Below are positions 37,799 to 48,420 of a stretch of DNA of 64,000 bases, piece after piece. The first letter of the stretch is position 1; each line of letters opens with the position of its first letter. The position numbers were made by a program, and so were the translations under genes. This DNA comes from Candidatus Bathyarchaeia archaeon. GTDB lineage: Archaea > Thermoproteota > Bathyarchaeia > Bathyarchaeales > Bathycorpusculaceae. Location of the stretch: the NCBI GenBank assembly GCA_038883795.1, contig JAVZLK010000001.1, positions 160,001-224,000 of the forward strand. Direction: 5' to 3'. The notes beneath the pieces are model-generated. The model was given only the letters and a program-made list of their open reading frames with translations, was not told the origin of the DNA and searched no databases.

Positions 37799-39625
37799 AT
37801 GGATATGCAAAAGGAAAATTCGCTAAGAATTTCTATGAATGAAGCAGTTAAGCATTATTCGTCCCTCTTTAAGCTTCCCACGTACAAGAAGGTGATTTTG
37901 TTTTTAGCAATTATTTGCTTAAGCCTTGGGCTTGTTTTTGCAAGTACATTCTTTTCAAATTTAGAAGGATTAGTTCTCGGCTTGCTTTTGGGGATTTCCC
38001 TATTTTCCATAAGTTTTGTGGTGGATCATTTTGCAACTACTAGACTTTTAAGGCGTGAGCCCATTTATGATGTGAGAAGAACGGCAGCGCTTTCTCTTTA
38101 CTGTTGGGTTTTATGGCTCCTTTTTATTGTTGGAGGCGCCTTTTTTGCTATATTTACGGTCGTATGGTTAGTTAGGCTTTTGTTTTTGGGTTTTTCTGCG
38201 GTGTTAATCTTACGTTTAATAGTGTTGAATTCGACGTCCTTCGCAAGTTATAAAAGGCTTTTCGCAGCTTCGGTTATTCATCCAGTTTCATGTATCATTC
38301 CATTTTTATTTATTTTGACAAAGGCTGCTTATTCCTTCGATTTTTATCACACGCTTCTTTTCTTCGTTTTCTCGATTATTGTGAGCATAGCCTCAAGTTT
38401 TCTTTTCATTTTTGCCTTAAATAACGTTGGTAAAAAGATGCTAGGGTTCCCTTCTGTGTCGCTTTTTAAGGCTTTCCTACTTAACTGGATAGCTGACTTA
38501 AATGCTCCCTTTGAGGAGTTTCTCGAAAAGTTAGGTGAAAAGCAGACCGTGGAAGTTTTCTTAATAAAATTTGGCTCCTCAAAACCTAAGGCGTTTATAG
38601 TTGCGCCTTCTATTCATCCAGGTCCTTTCAAAAATATTGGGAGCAGCCTTTTGCCTTCCGAACTTAAAACTGCGTTAGAGAAAAAATTGAATTGTGTTGT
38701 TTGTGTTCCTCATGGATTGTTTGGGCACGAGTTTGATTTAGCATCTCAAATTCAAAACCAAAAAGTAATTAATAAGGTTGTTAAGAATGCTGATTTTGAG
38801 GTTCAAGAAGAAAAGGCTACGCCCTTTGTTAAAGTTAGCAATGGTTTAGCCACTGTGGGCTGCCAAATTTTCGGCCATTGCGCCTTCTCCTTTTTTACCC
38901 TAGCCCCAAAAACAACAGAAGATTTTCCCCCTGAGTTAGGGATGTTTATTCGCCAAGAAGCCGAAAAGTATGGGCTTAATTGTTGCGTTATTGTTAACGC
39001 TCACAATAGCATTGACGGAACAGTGAACATGCAAGAGGCATTAGATGCGCTAAAAGAGGCTGCAGCATCATGCCTACAGAAAGCAGTTTCTCAAGAGAGA
39101 CTGCCCTTTGCTGTGGGCGCTGCAACAGTTATTCCTCAAGAATTTACTCTTAAAGATGGTATGGGACCGGGCGGTATTACAGTTGTCATTGTTAAAGTTG
39201 GCGCTGAAAAGACAGCTTATGTTGTGGTCGATGGGAATAATATGGTTGCTGGGTTGCGTGAAAAAATTCTTTTAGCTCTTCATTCCATGGGAATTCATGA
39301 TGGTGAAGTCTTCACAACTGACACTCATTCGGTAAATGCTGTGGTTTTGAATAGGCGTGGTTATCACCCAGTTGGTGAAGTTATTGATCATGAAACTCTC
39401 ATTAGCTATACTAAAGAAGCCGCAATTAAGGCTCTTTCTGCTATGGAACAAGTTAAGGTTGCATGCCAAAGAATAGCAGTTTCTGACGTGACCGTGATCG
39501 GAGAAAACTTGCTGGAAAAATTATGTATTCTCATAGACAAGGCAATTCAAAGGGCAAAGAAAATTATGGTTCCCCTATTTGCAACCAGCGGGCTTTTTTT
39601 AATGTTGCTTTTGATGTATGCGTAA
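37799..39625 (+). CDS. DUF2070 family membrane protein
   Basis: N-terminal TM bundle; IHPGPF..IGSS, NAHN, DGNNM, TTDTH. Confidence 0.88.
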   Translation: MDMQKENSLRISMNEAVKHYSSLFKLPTYKKVILFLAIICLSLGLVFASTFFSNLEGLVLGLLLGISLFSISFVVDHFATTRLLRREPIYDVRRTAALSLYCWVLWLLFIVGGAFFAIFTVVWLVRLLFLGFSAVLILRLIVLNSTSFASYKRLFAASVIHPVSCIIPFLFILTKAAYSFDFYHTLLFFVFSIIVSIASSFLFIFALNNVGKKMLGFPSVSLFKAFLLNWIADLNAPFEEFLEKLGEKQTVEVFLIKFGSSKPKAFIVAPSIHPGPFKNIGSSLLPSELKTALEKKLNCVVCVPHGLFGHEFDLASQIQNQKVINKVVKNADFEVQEEKATPFVKVSNGLATVGCQIFGHCAFSFFTLAPKTTEDFPPELGMFIRQEAEKYGLNCCVIVNAHNSIDGTVNMQEALDALKEAAASCLQKAVSQERLPFAVGAATVIPQEFTLKDGMGPGGITVVIVKVGAEKTAYVVVDGNNMVAGLREKILLALHSMGIHDGEVFTTDTHSVNAVVLNRRGYHPVGEVIDHETLISYTKEAAIKALSAMEQVKVACQRIAVSDVTVIGENLLEKLCILIDKAIQRAKKIMVPLFATSGLFLMLLLMYA

Positions 39626-39682
39626 GCTAACACTAATAAGGGCGAAGCGTTCACCTTTTCAATTCCAGTGGAAGGGGAAATA

Positions 39683-40240
39683 TTGTTAAAGGAAATTAGG
39701 ATTCATGGTCGTGGCGGACAAGGCAGCGTTACAGCCGCTGAACTTTTAGCTCATGCGGCTTTTCTTGAAGGCAAATGGGTTCAAGCTTTTCCATATTTTG
39801 GTGCTGAACGCCGAGGGGCTCCAGTCAAGGCCTTTGCGAGAATAAGCGATGAACCCATTCTTGCACATAGTCAAGTTTACAATCCTGATTATGTCATAGT
39901 GCTTGATCCAGTAATTTACAAGTTTGTGGATGTTACCGAAGGTTTAAAGAAAAATGGCATAATCATAATGAATACGACCAAGAAACCAGAAGAAACGGGC
40001 TTAGAGGGTTGGCGAATTGCTACTGTTGATGCAACTGGAATTGCCATTGAACTGAACCTTCTTGTGGCTGGTTTACCCGTTGTTAACACTGCTATCATAG
40101 GTGCTTTTGCGAAAGCCACGGGCGAAATTGAGTTAGAAAGTGTTTTGAAAGCTATAAAAGAAACATGGGTGGGCGCTGCTGGTGATAAGAATGCAAGGGC
40201 AGCGGAACTTGCCTATGAGCGTTTGATAAAGGGTTGGTGA
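39683..40240 (+). CDS. porC: 2-oxoacid (pyruvate):ferredoxin oxidoreductase gamma subunit
   Basis: [21 protein letters not shown]; likely TTG start 39683. Confidence 0.93.
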   Translation: MLKEIRIHGRGGQGSVTAAELLAHAAFLEGKWVQAFPYFGAERRGAPVKAFARISDEPILAHSQVYNPDYVIVLDPVIYKFVDVTEGLKKNGIIIMNTTKKPEETGLEGWRIATVDATGIAIELNLLVAGLPVVNTAIIGAFAKATGEIELESVLKAIKETWVGAAGDKNARAAELAYERLIKGW

Positions 40241-40247
40241 GAAAAAT

Positions 40248-40532
40248 ATGAAAAGTGTCCCAAAAACTCGTAAAGAAATGCCCCTAACACCGCTCTCTTA
40301 CCCAACCCTTGGCAGTATGGGAAAAACTGGTTCTTGGAGAACTTTTCGTCCAGAAATCGACTATTCAAAATGTACCCGATGCACTCTTTGCTGGATTTAT
40401 TGTCCAGACGCAGCTATAACACGGCAAGAAGATGACTCTCCGCAGATAGACTATGAATATTGTAAGGGATGTGGAATATGCGCCAACGAATGCCCAGTTA
40501 AAGCAATCACAATGCATAGGGAGGAAGAATAA
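40248..40532 (+). CDS. porD: 2-oxoacid:ferredoxin oxidoreductase delta subunit
   Basis: TGSWRTFRP; two CxxCxxCxxxCP. Confidence 0.93.
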   Translation: MKSVPKTRKEMPLTPLSYPTLGSMGKTGSWRTFRPEIDYSKCTRCTLCWIYCPDAAITRQEDDSPQIDYEYCKGCGICANECPVKAITMHREEE

Positions 40533-40533
40533 A

Positions 40534-41712
40534 ATGGCGCAAATGGTAATTGACACGGCAAACCACATTGCTGGTTACGCTGCAAAAGCAGCAAGAGTTA
40601 AAGTTGTCGCCGCTTATCCCATAACCCCCCAAACAACAATTGTCGAAAAAATAGCAGAGTTTGTTGAAAAGGGCGAAATGGAAAGCGAATACATTCGTGT
40701 AGAGTCCGAACACAGCGCCATGGTGGCATGCATCGCCGCAGCCGCAACAGGCGTCAGAACCTTTACGGCAACATCAGCGCATGGTTTAGCCCTTATGCAC
40801 GAAGCCCTACACTGGGCTTCTGGTTCACGTTTACCCATTGTAATGGCGGTTGTCAACCGTGCCATGGGCGCGCCTTGGAGCATATGGCCTGACTTTAGCG
40901 ATTCCCTTTCTCAGAGGGATACTGGCTGGATTCAGTTTTACTGTGCTGACAACCAAGAGGTTTTTGACACAATAATCCAAGCTTACAAGCTCTGTGAGGA
41001 TGAACGGGTCTTTTTGCCGGCCATGATTTGTCTTGAAGGCTTCATCTTGTCCCACACATACATGCCCGTAAAAATTCCAAGCCAAGAAGAAATTGATGAC
41101 TTTCTGCCACCTTACAAGTCTAGCTGGGTCTTGGATGTTAATAATCCCTTTTCTCATTCCAATCTTGTCTCGCCCGAGTGGTATATGGAATTCCGTTACA
41201 TGATTCAAGAAGCCATGGAAAACGCCAAACAATTAATCCCGCAAATTGATAAGGAATATGGAAAGCGTTTCGGCTTTGAATATGGTGGGCTTATTGAGAA
41301 GTACAAATGTGAAGATGCAGAGTTGGTATTGTTGACTATGGGAACAATGGGCAGTGAAGCTAAGATAGCCGTAAACAATCTGCGCAAAGAAGGAATAAAA
41401 GTGGGTTCAGCGCGAATCAAAGTTTATCGTCCATTCCCAGTAGAAGAAATAAGAAAACTTGCAACGCAAACAAAAATGTTTGCAACAATAGATCGGCACA
41501 TATCCTTTGGAATGGAAGGTTTTCTAGCCACAGAGGTTAAGGCTTCTCTTGTAGGCGAAGAGGAACCACCTTTGGTTGCTGGCTTCATTGCTGGTTTAGG
41601 AGGTAGGGATGTAACGTCTGAAACTATTGAGAAAATTGCTAAAAAATCGCTTAGGTGGATGCGCATGGGAAAGGTTGAGAAAGAAACCGAATGGGTTGAT
41701 TTGAGGGAGTGA
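40534..41712 (+). CDS. porA: 2-oxoacid:ferredoxin oxidoreductase alpha subunit
   Basis: YPITPQT, ESEHSA, NRA, GLGGRD. Confidence 0.94.
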   Translation: MAQMVIDTANHIAGYAAKAARVKVVAAYPITPQTTIVEKIAEFVEKGEMESEYIRVESEHSAMVACIAAAATGVRTFTATSAHGLALMHEALHWASGSRLPIVMAVVNRAMGAPWSIWPDFSDSLSQRDTGWIQFYCADNQEVFDTIIQAYKLCEDERVFLPAMICLEGFILSHTYMPVKIPSQEEIDDFLPPYKSSWVLDVNNPFSHSNLVSPEWYMEFRYMIQEAMENAKQLIPQIDKEYGKRFGFEYGGLIEKYKCEDAELVLLTMGTMGSEAKIAVNNLRKEGIKVGSARIKVYRPFPVEEIRKLATQTKMFATIDRHISFGMEGFLATEVKASLVGEEEPPLVAGFIAGLGGRDVTSETIEKIAKKSLRWMRMGKVEKETEWVDLRE

Positions 41713-41718
41713 AAAAGA

Positions 41719-42609
41719 ATGGTGACAATAAAAGAGCTTCCAAAAGAAGAATATCTGCTTAAAGGTCATGCAGCTTGTGCTGGTTGCGGTCCCTCTATTT
41801 CGTTGCGGTTGCTTTTTAAAGCCTTAGGAAATAAGATAATTTTAGTTGTTCCAGCGTGCTGCACCACAGTTATTCAAGGACCTTATCCTTACACTTCTTC
41901 TGCTGTTCCGCTTATGAACATACTTTTTGAATCCACAGCTGCAGCAGCCTCCGGGATAGTTGCTGCTTTACGCCAAAGAAAAATTGAAGATATAACAGTT
42001 GTTGGTTGGGCGGGCGATGGTGGAACCGTCGACATAGGCATCCAAGCCCTATCTGGAGCAGCTGAAAGAGAAACCAACTTCATCTACATTTGCTACGACA
42101 ATGAAGCCTATGGCAATACAGGAATGCAGAGAAGCGGAGCAACCCCCTACGGTGCATGGACAACCACAACGCCCTCTGGAAAACGAGAGCGCAAAAAGGA
42201 TATGCCCCTTATCATGGCGGCTCATCGAATACCTTATGTTGCTACAGCATGTCCATCTTATCCAATAGATTTAGTGAACAAGCTTAGAAAGGCTAAGGAA
42301 ATTAAAGGCACAAAATACATCCACATTTTGGCACCATGCCCAACCGGATGGCGTTATGATAGCAGCAAAACAGTTGAGTTAGGACGGCTTGCTGTGCAAA
42401 CTGGTTTGTGGGCGCTCTATGAAATTGAGTATGGAAAGTTTAAGCTTAACCCCCCAAGCGACCGATTAATAGAGAAGGCTAAACGCAAACCCGTCAAGGA
42501 ATATTTTGCTTTGCAAGGTAGATTCCGTGGTTTAACCACTGAAGACCTAGAAAAAATCCAGAGATGGGTTGATGAAGACTGGGAGCAATACCGTAAACTA
42601 GCTTCATAA
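41719..42609 (+). CDS. porB: 2-oxoacid:ferredoxin oxidoreductase beta subunit
   Basis: CAGCG, GDGG...DNEAYGNTG TPP motif, PCPTGW. Confidence 0.94.
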   Translation: MVTIKELPKEEYLLKGHAACAGCGPSISLRLLFKALGNKIILVVPACCTTVIQGPYPYTSSAVPLMNILFESTAAAASGIVAALRQRKIEDITVVGWAGDGGTVDIGIQALSGAAERETNFIYICYDNEAYGNTGMQRSGATPYGAWTTTTPSGKRERKKDMPLIMAAHRIPYVATACPSYPIDLVNKLRKAKEIKGTKYIHILAPCPTGWRYDSSKTVELGRLAVQTGLWALYEIEYGKFKLNPPSDRLIEKAKRKPVKEYFALQGRFRGLTTEDLEKIQRWVDEDWEQYRKLAS

Positions 42610-42715
42610 TTGTATGTCTGACGCTTTAATGCACGGAAAAATATAAGAAGCTCAAAATCAATGATATAGACTGCTTGCTATCGTTCCACGATATCGGTGA
42701 AAAAGGAGGCAATAT

Positions 42716-43072
42716 ATGACAGAAGAAAAACAGAAAAAAGAAAGCGCAGAAAAACCAGCAAAACCTACACGACCTCCAAGAACTTCACAGACCACCCAAA
42801 GCAACGAAAACGTTGTTTTAATAGGGAAAAAACCAGTGATGAATTACGTAGTTGCCTGCCTAACATTCTTTAACTCCGGTTCAAAGAAAGTTGTTGTTAA
42901 AGCCAGAGGGCGGGCAATCAGCAGAGCTGTTGACACCGTCGAATTGTTAAGGCGTGCGTTCATGAAAGACGTGCAACTTGAAGGCATCAACATTAGCACC
43001 GAAGAAGTTGTCAGAGGCGAGGGTCAAAAGGCGAACGTTTCGGCCGTTGAAATTACATTAACCAGGCCCTAG
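42716..43072 (+). CDS. albA: DNA/RNA-binding protein Alba with N-terminal tail
   Basis: IGKKPVMNYV, KARGRAISRAVD, VSAVEI. Confidence 0.95.
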   Translation: MTEEKQKKESAEKPAKPTRPPRTSQTTQSNENVVLIGKKPVMNYVVACLTFFNSGSKKVVVKARGRAISRAVDTVELLRRAFMKDVQLEGINISTEEVVRGEGQKANVSAVEITLTRP

Positions 43073-43218
43073 TGCGCTTTTAAAGCCCCTTTACAGTTAA
43101 GTTGCAGCAATACGTTACTGTAGATTATTAACTATTTTTCCATAAAATATTGCAAAGAAGCATCGCTAATTATATAAAACTCTAATTCCAGAATCCTAAT
43201 CCTCAATGGTGATACGAT

Positions 43219-44553
43219 ATGAGTGCTTATCCAAAAATAGTTGTAACTCCACCAGGACCAAAAGCAAGAGAACTAGTTAAAAAAGATGAAAGCTTCATTT
43301 CCCCATCTTATGTGCGGTTTTACCCCCTTGTGGTTGAGTCTGCAAGAGGTTGTATAATAAAGGATGTGGATGGAAATGAGTACATAGATTTTAATTCTGG
43401 TTTGGCCTGCTTAAACGTTGGGCATCATCCTAAGGTTATTGCAGCCATAAAAAATCAGTGCGACCGATTCTTACATTACTCTAACACAGATTTTTACTAT
43501 CGTGAAGTTGTTGAGCTTGCTGAAAAGCTTTCAGGGATTGCGCCGGGAAATTTTGAGAAGAAAGTATACTTTGGTAATAGTGGAACAGAAGCTATAGAGG
43601 CAGCGATTAAGCTTGCAAAGTGGCATACTCGTAAGCAATTGTTTATCGGTTTCATTGGCGCTTTTCATGGGCGTACAATAGGCGCTTTGTCTTTTACGGC
43701 TAGTAAGCCCACGCAGAGGCGTTATTTCTCTCCTTTGATGTCAGGCGTTACCCATGTTCCATATCCATACTGTTATAGGTGTCCTTTCAAGCTAACTTAT
43801 CCAGAATGCCATTATTGGTGTGTGGATTTCATTGATGAGTTAGTCTTGCAGAAATATGTGCCTCCGGAGGATGTTGCTGCCATACTCTTTGAACCAATTC
43901 AAGGAGAGGGCGGGTATATTGTTGCTCCCCCCGAATATTTCCAGCGTTTGAAAAAGCTTGCTGACAAGTATGGTATATTACTTATAGATGACGAAGTTCA
44001 GTCTGGTATTGGCAGAACTGGAAAGTGGTTCGCTATTGAGCATTGGAATGTTGAACCTGATATTATATGTAGCGCAAAAGCGTTGGCTTCTGGGCTGCCA
44101 TTAGGCGCAACTATTGCTAAAGCAAAAGTCATGGATTGGGTTGGGGGTTCCCATGCAAGCACTTTTGGCGGCAATCCTCTTGCATGTGTTGCTGCAAACG
44201 CTGTAATTGACATTATTAAGGAAGAGAGGCTTTTGGAAAACGCCAACAAGCAAGGCGCTTACATATTGAAACGGGTTGAGGAGTTGAAAGAGCAAAGTAG
44301 AATAGTTGGCGACGTAAGAGGCAAGGGCTTGATGATAGGGATGGAAATTGTGGAGGATAAGGAAAGCAAAAAACCAGCTTCTGCAAAGGCTACTGAGATT
44401 ATGATGCGTTCTTGGAAGCGTGGGGTTGCCGTTATAACGTGTGGAGTTTCAACTGTTAGAATTGCTCCGCCCCTCAACATTACAAGAGACCTTATAGATG
44501 CTGCGATGGAAATAATTGAAGATGTTGTAAAAGAAGTTGAAAAAGAAGCCTAA
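43219..44553 (+). CDS. class III PLP aminotransferase (ornithine/GABA family)
   Basis: SGTEA, FHGRT, EPIQGEGG, DEVQSGIGRTG, STFGGNP. Confidence 0.93.
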   Translation: MSAYPKIVVTPPGPKARELVKKDESFISPSYVRFYPLVVESARGCIIKDVDGNEYIDFNSGLACLNVGHHPKVIAAIKNQCDRFLHYSNTDFYYREVVELAEKLSGIAPGNFEKKVYFGNSGTEAIEAAIKLAKWHTRKQLFIGFIGAFHGRTIGALSFTASKPTQRRYFSPLMSGVTHVPYPYCYRCPFKLTYPECHYWCVDFIDELVLQKYVPPEDVAAILFEPIQGEGGYIVAPPEYFQRLKKLADKYGILLIDDEVQSGIGRTGKWFAIEHWNVEPDIICSAKALASGLPLGATIAKAKVMDWVGGSHASTFGGNPLACVAANAVIDIIKEERLLENANKQGAYILKRVEELKEQSRIVGDVRGKGLMIGMEIVEDKESKKPASAKATEIMMRSWKRGVAVITCGVSTVRIAPPLNITRDLIDAAMEIIEDVVKEVEKEA

Positions 44554-45000
44554 ATGCTAGCGCGTGTTCGTATGGAAATCCGCAACTTAACAATAGATGA
44601 CTATGAAACCATGATTAAACTGTGGTCTAAGGCGAAATTGCCCTTCAAACCAAAGGGGAGAGACAGCAAAGAAGCTATTGCAGCGCAAATGAAGGCGAAT
44701 CCAGATTTTTTCCTCGGAGCTTTTGATGGTAATCGCCTTATCGGTACCGTTGTTGTGAGCTGTGATATGCGGAAGGGGTGGATAAACCGTTTAGCTGTCG
44801 ACCCGGAATATAGGCTCCATGGTGTTGCTAAAGCTTTGATTGCTGAATCTGAGAAAATACTTAGAAAGCATGGAATCCGAATTGTCTGTGCTTTAATTGA
44901 AGATGATAATGTGGCATCGAAAAGGCTTTTCAAAAAACTTGGTTATGTGGAGCATCGTGACATAATATATTTTAGTAAAAGAGAGAGCGAAGAAGTTTAA
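44554..45000 (+). CDS. GNAT acetyltransferase
   Basis: RLAVDPEYRLHGVAKAL; N..S..LFKKLGY. Confidence 0.88.
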   Translation: MLARVRMEIRNLTIDDYETMIKLWSKAKLPFKPKGRDSKEAIAAQMKANPDFFLGAFDGNRLIGTVVVSCDMRKGWINRLAVDPEYRLHGVAKALIAESEKILRKHGIRIVCALIEDDNVASKRLFKKLGYVEHRDIIYFSKRESEEV

Positions 45001-45017
45001 AGTCGTCCTCTACAACG

Positions 45018-46316
45018 CTAAGCTTCTCTTTCTTCTGGTTTAGGTTCACGCACACCGAATATGATTAAAGCTGCTGATGGAATGGCAAGAACCACCATGA
45101 GAATAAAAGGAAGCATTGGAGACACTGAATCATACAATAATCCACCCACCGCTCCGCCAACTGCCATGAATATGTAAGCAAAAAAGTTCATTGAACCAGT
45201 AACTTTCCCACGTTGGGCTTGTGGTACAAGGTCGGCGAACATTGCTTGGTAGGATGAAAAGCCGAGAAGCATTGAGAATCCAGTAATGGGCATTGCTATG
45301 AAGAGGGTTGAGTAGTTTCCGAAGATGAAGAGCAAAATTGCTGGAATCGTTAAGAGGCTTGATATAATTAACGGAATTTTTCTGCCAACTTTATCGATAA
45401 GTCTCCCAACAGGAAAGGATAGAATAATGTTGCATATGAATAATGCGATCATTACGTATCCCCACATGATGCGGGCTTGTTGAAGGGCTGGATCTTCTTC
45501 TGGACGATAGAGGGTTGGGTTTGGTTTTCCTCCTATTTGGAGTACGTAAAATGCGTAGACTAGGAAAAGAACTTGGGTCATGGAAAATGAAAATCGCATA
45601 GTAAGTTCTGAAAGAAACAAAAAGAACATTGAGCGTGGCACATTTTTCCACACAATTATTCCTTCTTTCAAAGCCTTAGGATAGGAGCGAATGGCTTCTT
45701 TGAAGTTTATCTTTTCAGGGTTTGCCATACTCTCTTTAAGTTTTAATCGAACCATTGCCGCTGCAAAATAAAATGTTACAACGATGGCGTATGCTATTCT
45801 CATGCCCATCATAGAACCGTATGTGGCTACAAGAAAGAGAGCTATAGCTGGGCCTGGAGTTGTGGATACACTCATTATTAGATTGAGTATGGAAAATCCC
45901 ATTCCTCGTTTTTCTGGTGGCACAGAATCAGCCATCATCGCATTTAACGCTGGTTGGTAAAGCAAGCAAAGGTTTTGTATTGCTGCTCCGATCAAAATAA
46001 ACTCCCAGCTTGGGGCTACAGCGTAGAAGATGAAGGAAAGTGCTACTCCGAAGGTTAAACTTGAAATAAGCCATCGTCTTCCATACTTATCCGCTAAGTA
46101 ACCCCCCAAAAATTGAACAGAAGCTAAAGCAAGAAGCGAAACCAACATAATAATGCCTAGAATTGTTGCGTTTCCGCCCAGTTGGATGACATAGTCTGAA
46201 TAGTATGTTCCTGGGATTTCATTAACCAAGTCCATAAGAATCCAGCTTATGATTAAAATAAGGTAGTTTCCACTAAAGAAAGAGAACTCTTTCTTCAGCT
46301 TTTCCACAAATTTCAA
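45018..46316 (-). CDS. MFS transporter
   Basis: GYLADKYGRR and GRLIDKVGRK motif A; ~12 TM. Confidence 0.92.
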   Translation of the reverse strand: MKFVEKLKKEFSFFSGNYLILIISWILMDLVNEIPGTYYSDYVIQLGGNATILGIIMLVSLLALASVQFLGGYLADKYGRRWLISSLTFGVALSFIFYAVAPSWEFILIGAAIQNLCLLYQPALNAMMADSVPPEKRGMGFSILNLIMSVSTTPGPAIALFLVATYGSMMGMRIAYAIVVTFYFAAAMVRLKLKESMANPEKINFKEAIRSYPKALKEGIIVWKNVPRSMFFLFLSELTMRFSFSMTQVLFLVYAFYVLQIGGKPNPTLYRPEEDPALQQARIMWGYVMIALFICNIILSFPVGRLIDKVGRKIPLIISSLLTIPAILLFIFGNYSTLFIAMPITGFSMLLGFSSYQAMFADLVPQAQRGKVTGSMNFFAYIFMAVGGAVGGLLYDSVSPMLPFILMVVLAIPSAALIIFGVREPKPEEREA

Positions 46317-46404
46317 GTTTTAACTCATCCTTAGAAGGATTCTTCTCTTAAACCAGCCTTTATAATAAACATTATTTAAAGAAATTTTCTTTTTGTAAAC
46401 TCTA

Positions 46405-46980
46405 TTAGAAACCATGAGGCTTCGCTATAACCTCTTTTATCTTTAAATCAAAGAATCTTGCAGCATTTGCTGGTTGTATTCTAAGAGCAGTGTCTGCCCC
46501 GCTTTCTGTTCCAGCAATGGCAACAATATCCTTATCCACTGGAATTAAGCCAGCGTCGGCAGCCATCAATGTTATTTCTACGCATACTTTAGTTCCTTCA
46601 CCCATGAGCCTAAGCACATTGGCTATAAGCTCTAAAGGTTGAATTGTTCCAAAATCTTTGCGGATTGCCCGTTCAACACTGCTTAAGGCATGAATTCCGG
46701 TGAAGATTTTTGCTCCATTCCTCAAAATTTCTTTTCTATACTCTTCTTGTAATTCTATTTTTCCCGGTTCTTTGAAGCCAAAACAGTGTGTAACTACTAT
46801 TAGGTTATAGCCTTTGAAGATTTTGGAGGCTTTTGCTCCAGTTTTTCCTGTTGTTGAAGCAACAACTATGTCTCTTATCCCTTCTTTTTCTGCATAATCT
46901 TTAACAAATTCTAACAGTTTGTCTGTGTTCTGTGCGCCCGGTTTGCCGAAGTAAAGTGTTTTCTTTTCTGTTGAATCCAT
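46405..46980 (-). CDS. pyruvate-kinase C-terminal-like domain protein (COG1751-like)
   Basis: YF.KPG..NT, IVVASTTG.T, G.KVCVEI..MAADAG, GADTA. Confidence 0.85.
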   Translation of the reverse strand: MDSTEKKTLYFGKPGAQNTDKLLEFVKDYAEKEGIRDIVVASTTGKTGAKASKIFKGYNLIVVTHCFGFKEPGKIELQEEYRKEILRNGAKIFTGIHALSSVERAIRKDFGTIQPLELIANVLRLMGEGTKVCVEITLMAADAGLIPVDKDIVAIAGTESGADTALRIQPANAARFFDLKIKEVIAKPHGF

Positions 46981-47082
46981 GGATTATACCTCGCACTACA
47001 TACGTTGTAATCAATTAACTTTTATTAAATTCTTACCAGCAAAGTAAAATCACATGGCATTTCCAAAAGGGGGATTCTGTTT

Positions 47083-47640
47083 ATGAATGAAACCATAAAG
47101 GTCATAAAAAATAGAAGAAGCATAAGGAAATTCAAAACAGAACAAATACCTGACTCAGAACTTCACGAAATGTTGGAGTGTGCTTTGCTAGCGCCTAACG
47201 CTCGAAACCAACAGAAATGGCATTTCACAGTAATCCAAAACAAAGACATGCTCAACAAAATGGTTAACATTTTGAAGGAGAACATGATAAATTCTGGAAT
47301 AGAATTTTTAGCCGAAAGGGCAAAAGACCCAGCCTTTAATCCCTTTGGAAACGCTCCAACTCTCATTTTAATTACGGCAGACAAAACAGCCCGTTTCGTT
47401 GAAATAGACTGCGCAGCAGCCGCCGAAAACATCTTAATAGCAGCCGAATCTCTGGGCTTAGGTTCGCATATAATGACCTCCACCGAACTGCTTTTCACGT
47501 CAGAAAAGGGCAAGAAACTAAAACAGGAGTTAGGGGTTCCAGAAGGATATGAACATGTTTGCACGATAGCGTTAGGATATAAAGATGAAAGCCCACCAGC
47601 AAAGCCTAGAAGAAAAGACGTGATAAATTACATAACATAA
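47083..47640 (+). CDS. nitroreductase family protein
   Basis: NRRSIRKF, APNARNQQKWHF, AESLGLGS. Confidence 0.92.
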   Translation: MNETIKVIKNRRSIRKFKTEQIPDSELHEMLECALLAPNARNQQKWHFTVIQNKDMLNKMVNILKENMINSGIEFLAERAKDPAFNPFGNAPTLILITADKTARFVEIDCAAAAENILIAAESLGLGSHIMTSTELLFTSEKGKKLKQELGVPEGYEHVCTIALGYKDESPPAKPRRKDVINYIT

Positions 47641-47650
47641 AATAGGTTTA

Positions 47651-48394
47651 TTAAAATAATATTTCATGTGGAACCTTTTCTTTCTTAAGAAGTTCAGAAA
47701 TTTCTAGCGCCTTTTGTTTGAAGAATTCGAGGCTTAGGGCGTATTCTAAGCCAAACTTCTTGTATACCCAATCTGCGTAATGATAATTCATTTTGTCGAT
47801 TAGCACAAAATCCGCGTTCCCAGCAACCTCTTCAACCAAGCTTTCAGCTTTTGGCAACAAAGGTGCAATCATTACATTGGTTTTTATGTTGGCGGAATGC
47901 AGTTTTTCTAAGGTTTCTAGGCGTTCTTTAATGGATGGTGCTTTTGGTTCGAAAATTTGCTTAATCTCTTCATCTGCGGTGGTGATCGTAAGCGTTACTT
48001 CAACGTTTTTGTGCTTCTGTAGTAGTTCTATATCTCGCAATATTAGAGTAGATTTTGTTTGTATGGTGATAGGCCAGTTCTTTTTTAGCAAAATTTCAAG
48101 GCAGCTTCTAGTTATTTCGTATCGTCTTTCTAATGGCTGATAAGGGTCACATAATCCGCTAATCCAAACTCTTCCAACTTTTTTCTTGTTTACTTCGCGC
48201 TGGAGGAGGGTTGGGGCATTAAGCTTTACGTCAACGAATTCTCCCCACTTTTCCTTGTGGCTAGTAAATCTTTTAATGAAACGTGCGTAGCAGTAAGTAC
48301 ATCCGTGCTCGCAGCCGACATATGGATTAACGGTGTAATCGAGAACTTTTGATTCTGATAGGATGCTTTTTGCGTAAATTTCTTTAATAATCAT
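47651..48394 (-). CDS. radical SAM protein (spore photoproduct lyase-like)
   Basis: NPYVGCEHGCTYCYA, DPYQP.E, TKS.LILRD. Confidence 0.88.
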   Translation of the reverse strand: MIIKEIYAKSILSESKVLDYTVNPYVGCEHGCTYCYARFIKRFTSHKEKWGEFVDVKLNAPTLLQREVNKKKVGRVWISGLCDPYQPLERRYEITRSCLEILLKKNWPITIQTKSTLILRDIELLQKHKNVEVTLTITTADEEIKQIFEPKAPSIKERLETLEKLHSANIKTNVMIAPLLPKAESLVEEVAGNADFVLIDKMNYHYADWVYKKFGLEYALSLEFFKQKALEISELLKKEKVPHEILF

Positions 48395-48420
48395 AAATTC
48401 CCTTTTACATATAATTTGTC

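Noticed and set aside
43095-43133. Imperfect hairpin with TACG loop downstream of albA
   Set aside because: Weak and AT-rich with mismatches; at most a terminator-like element
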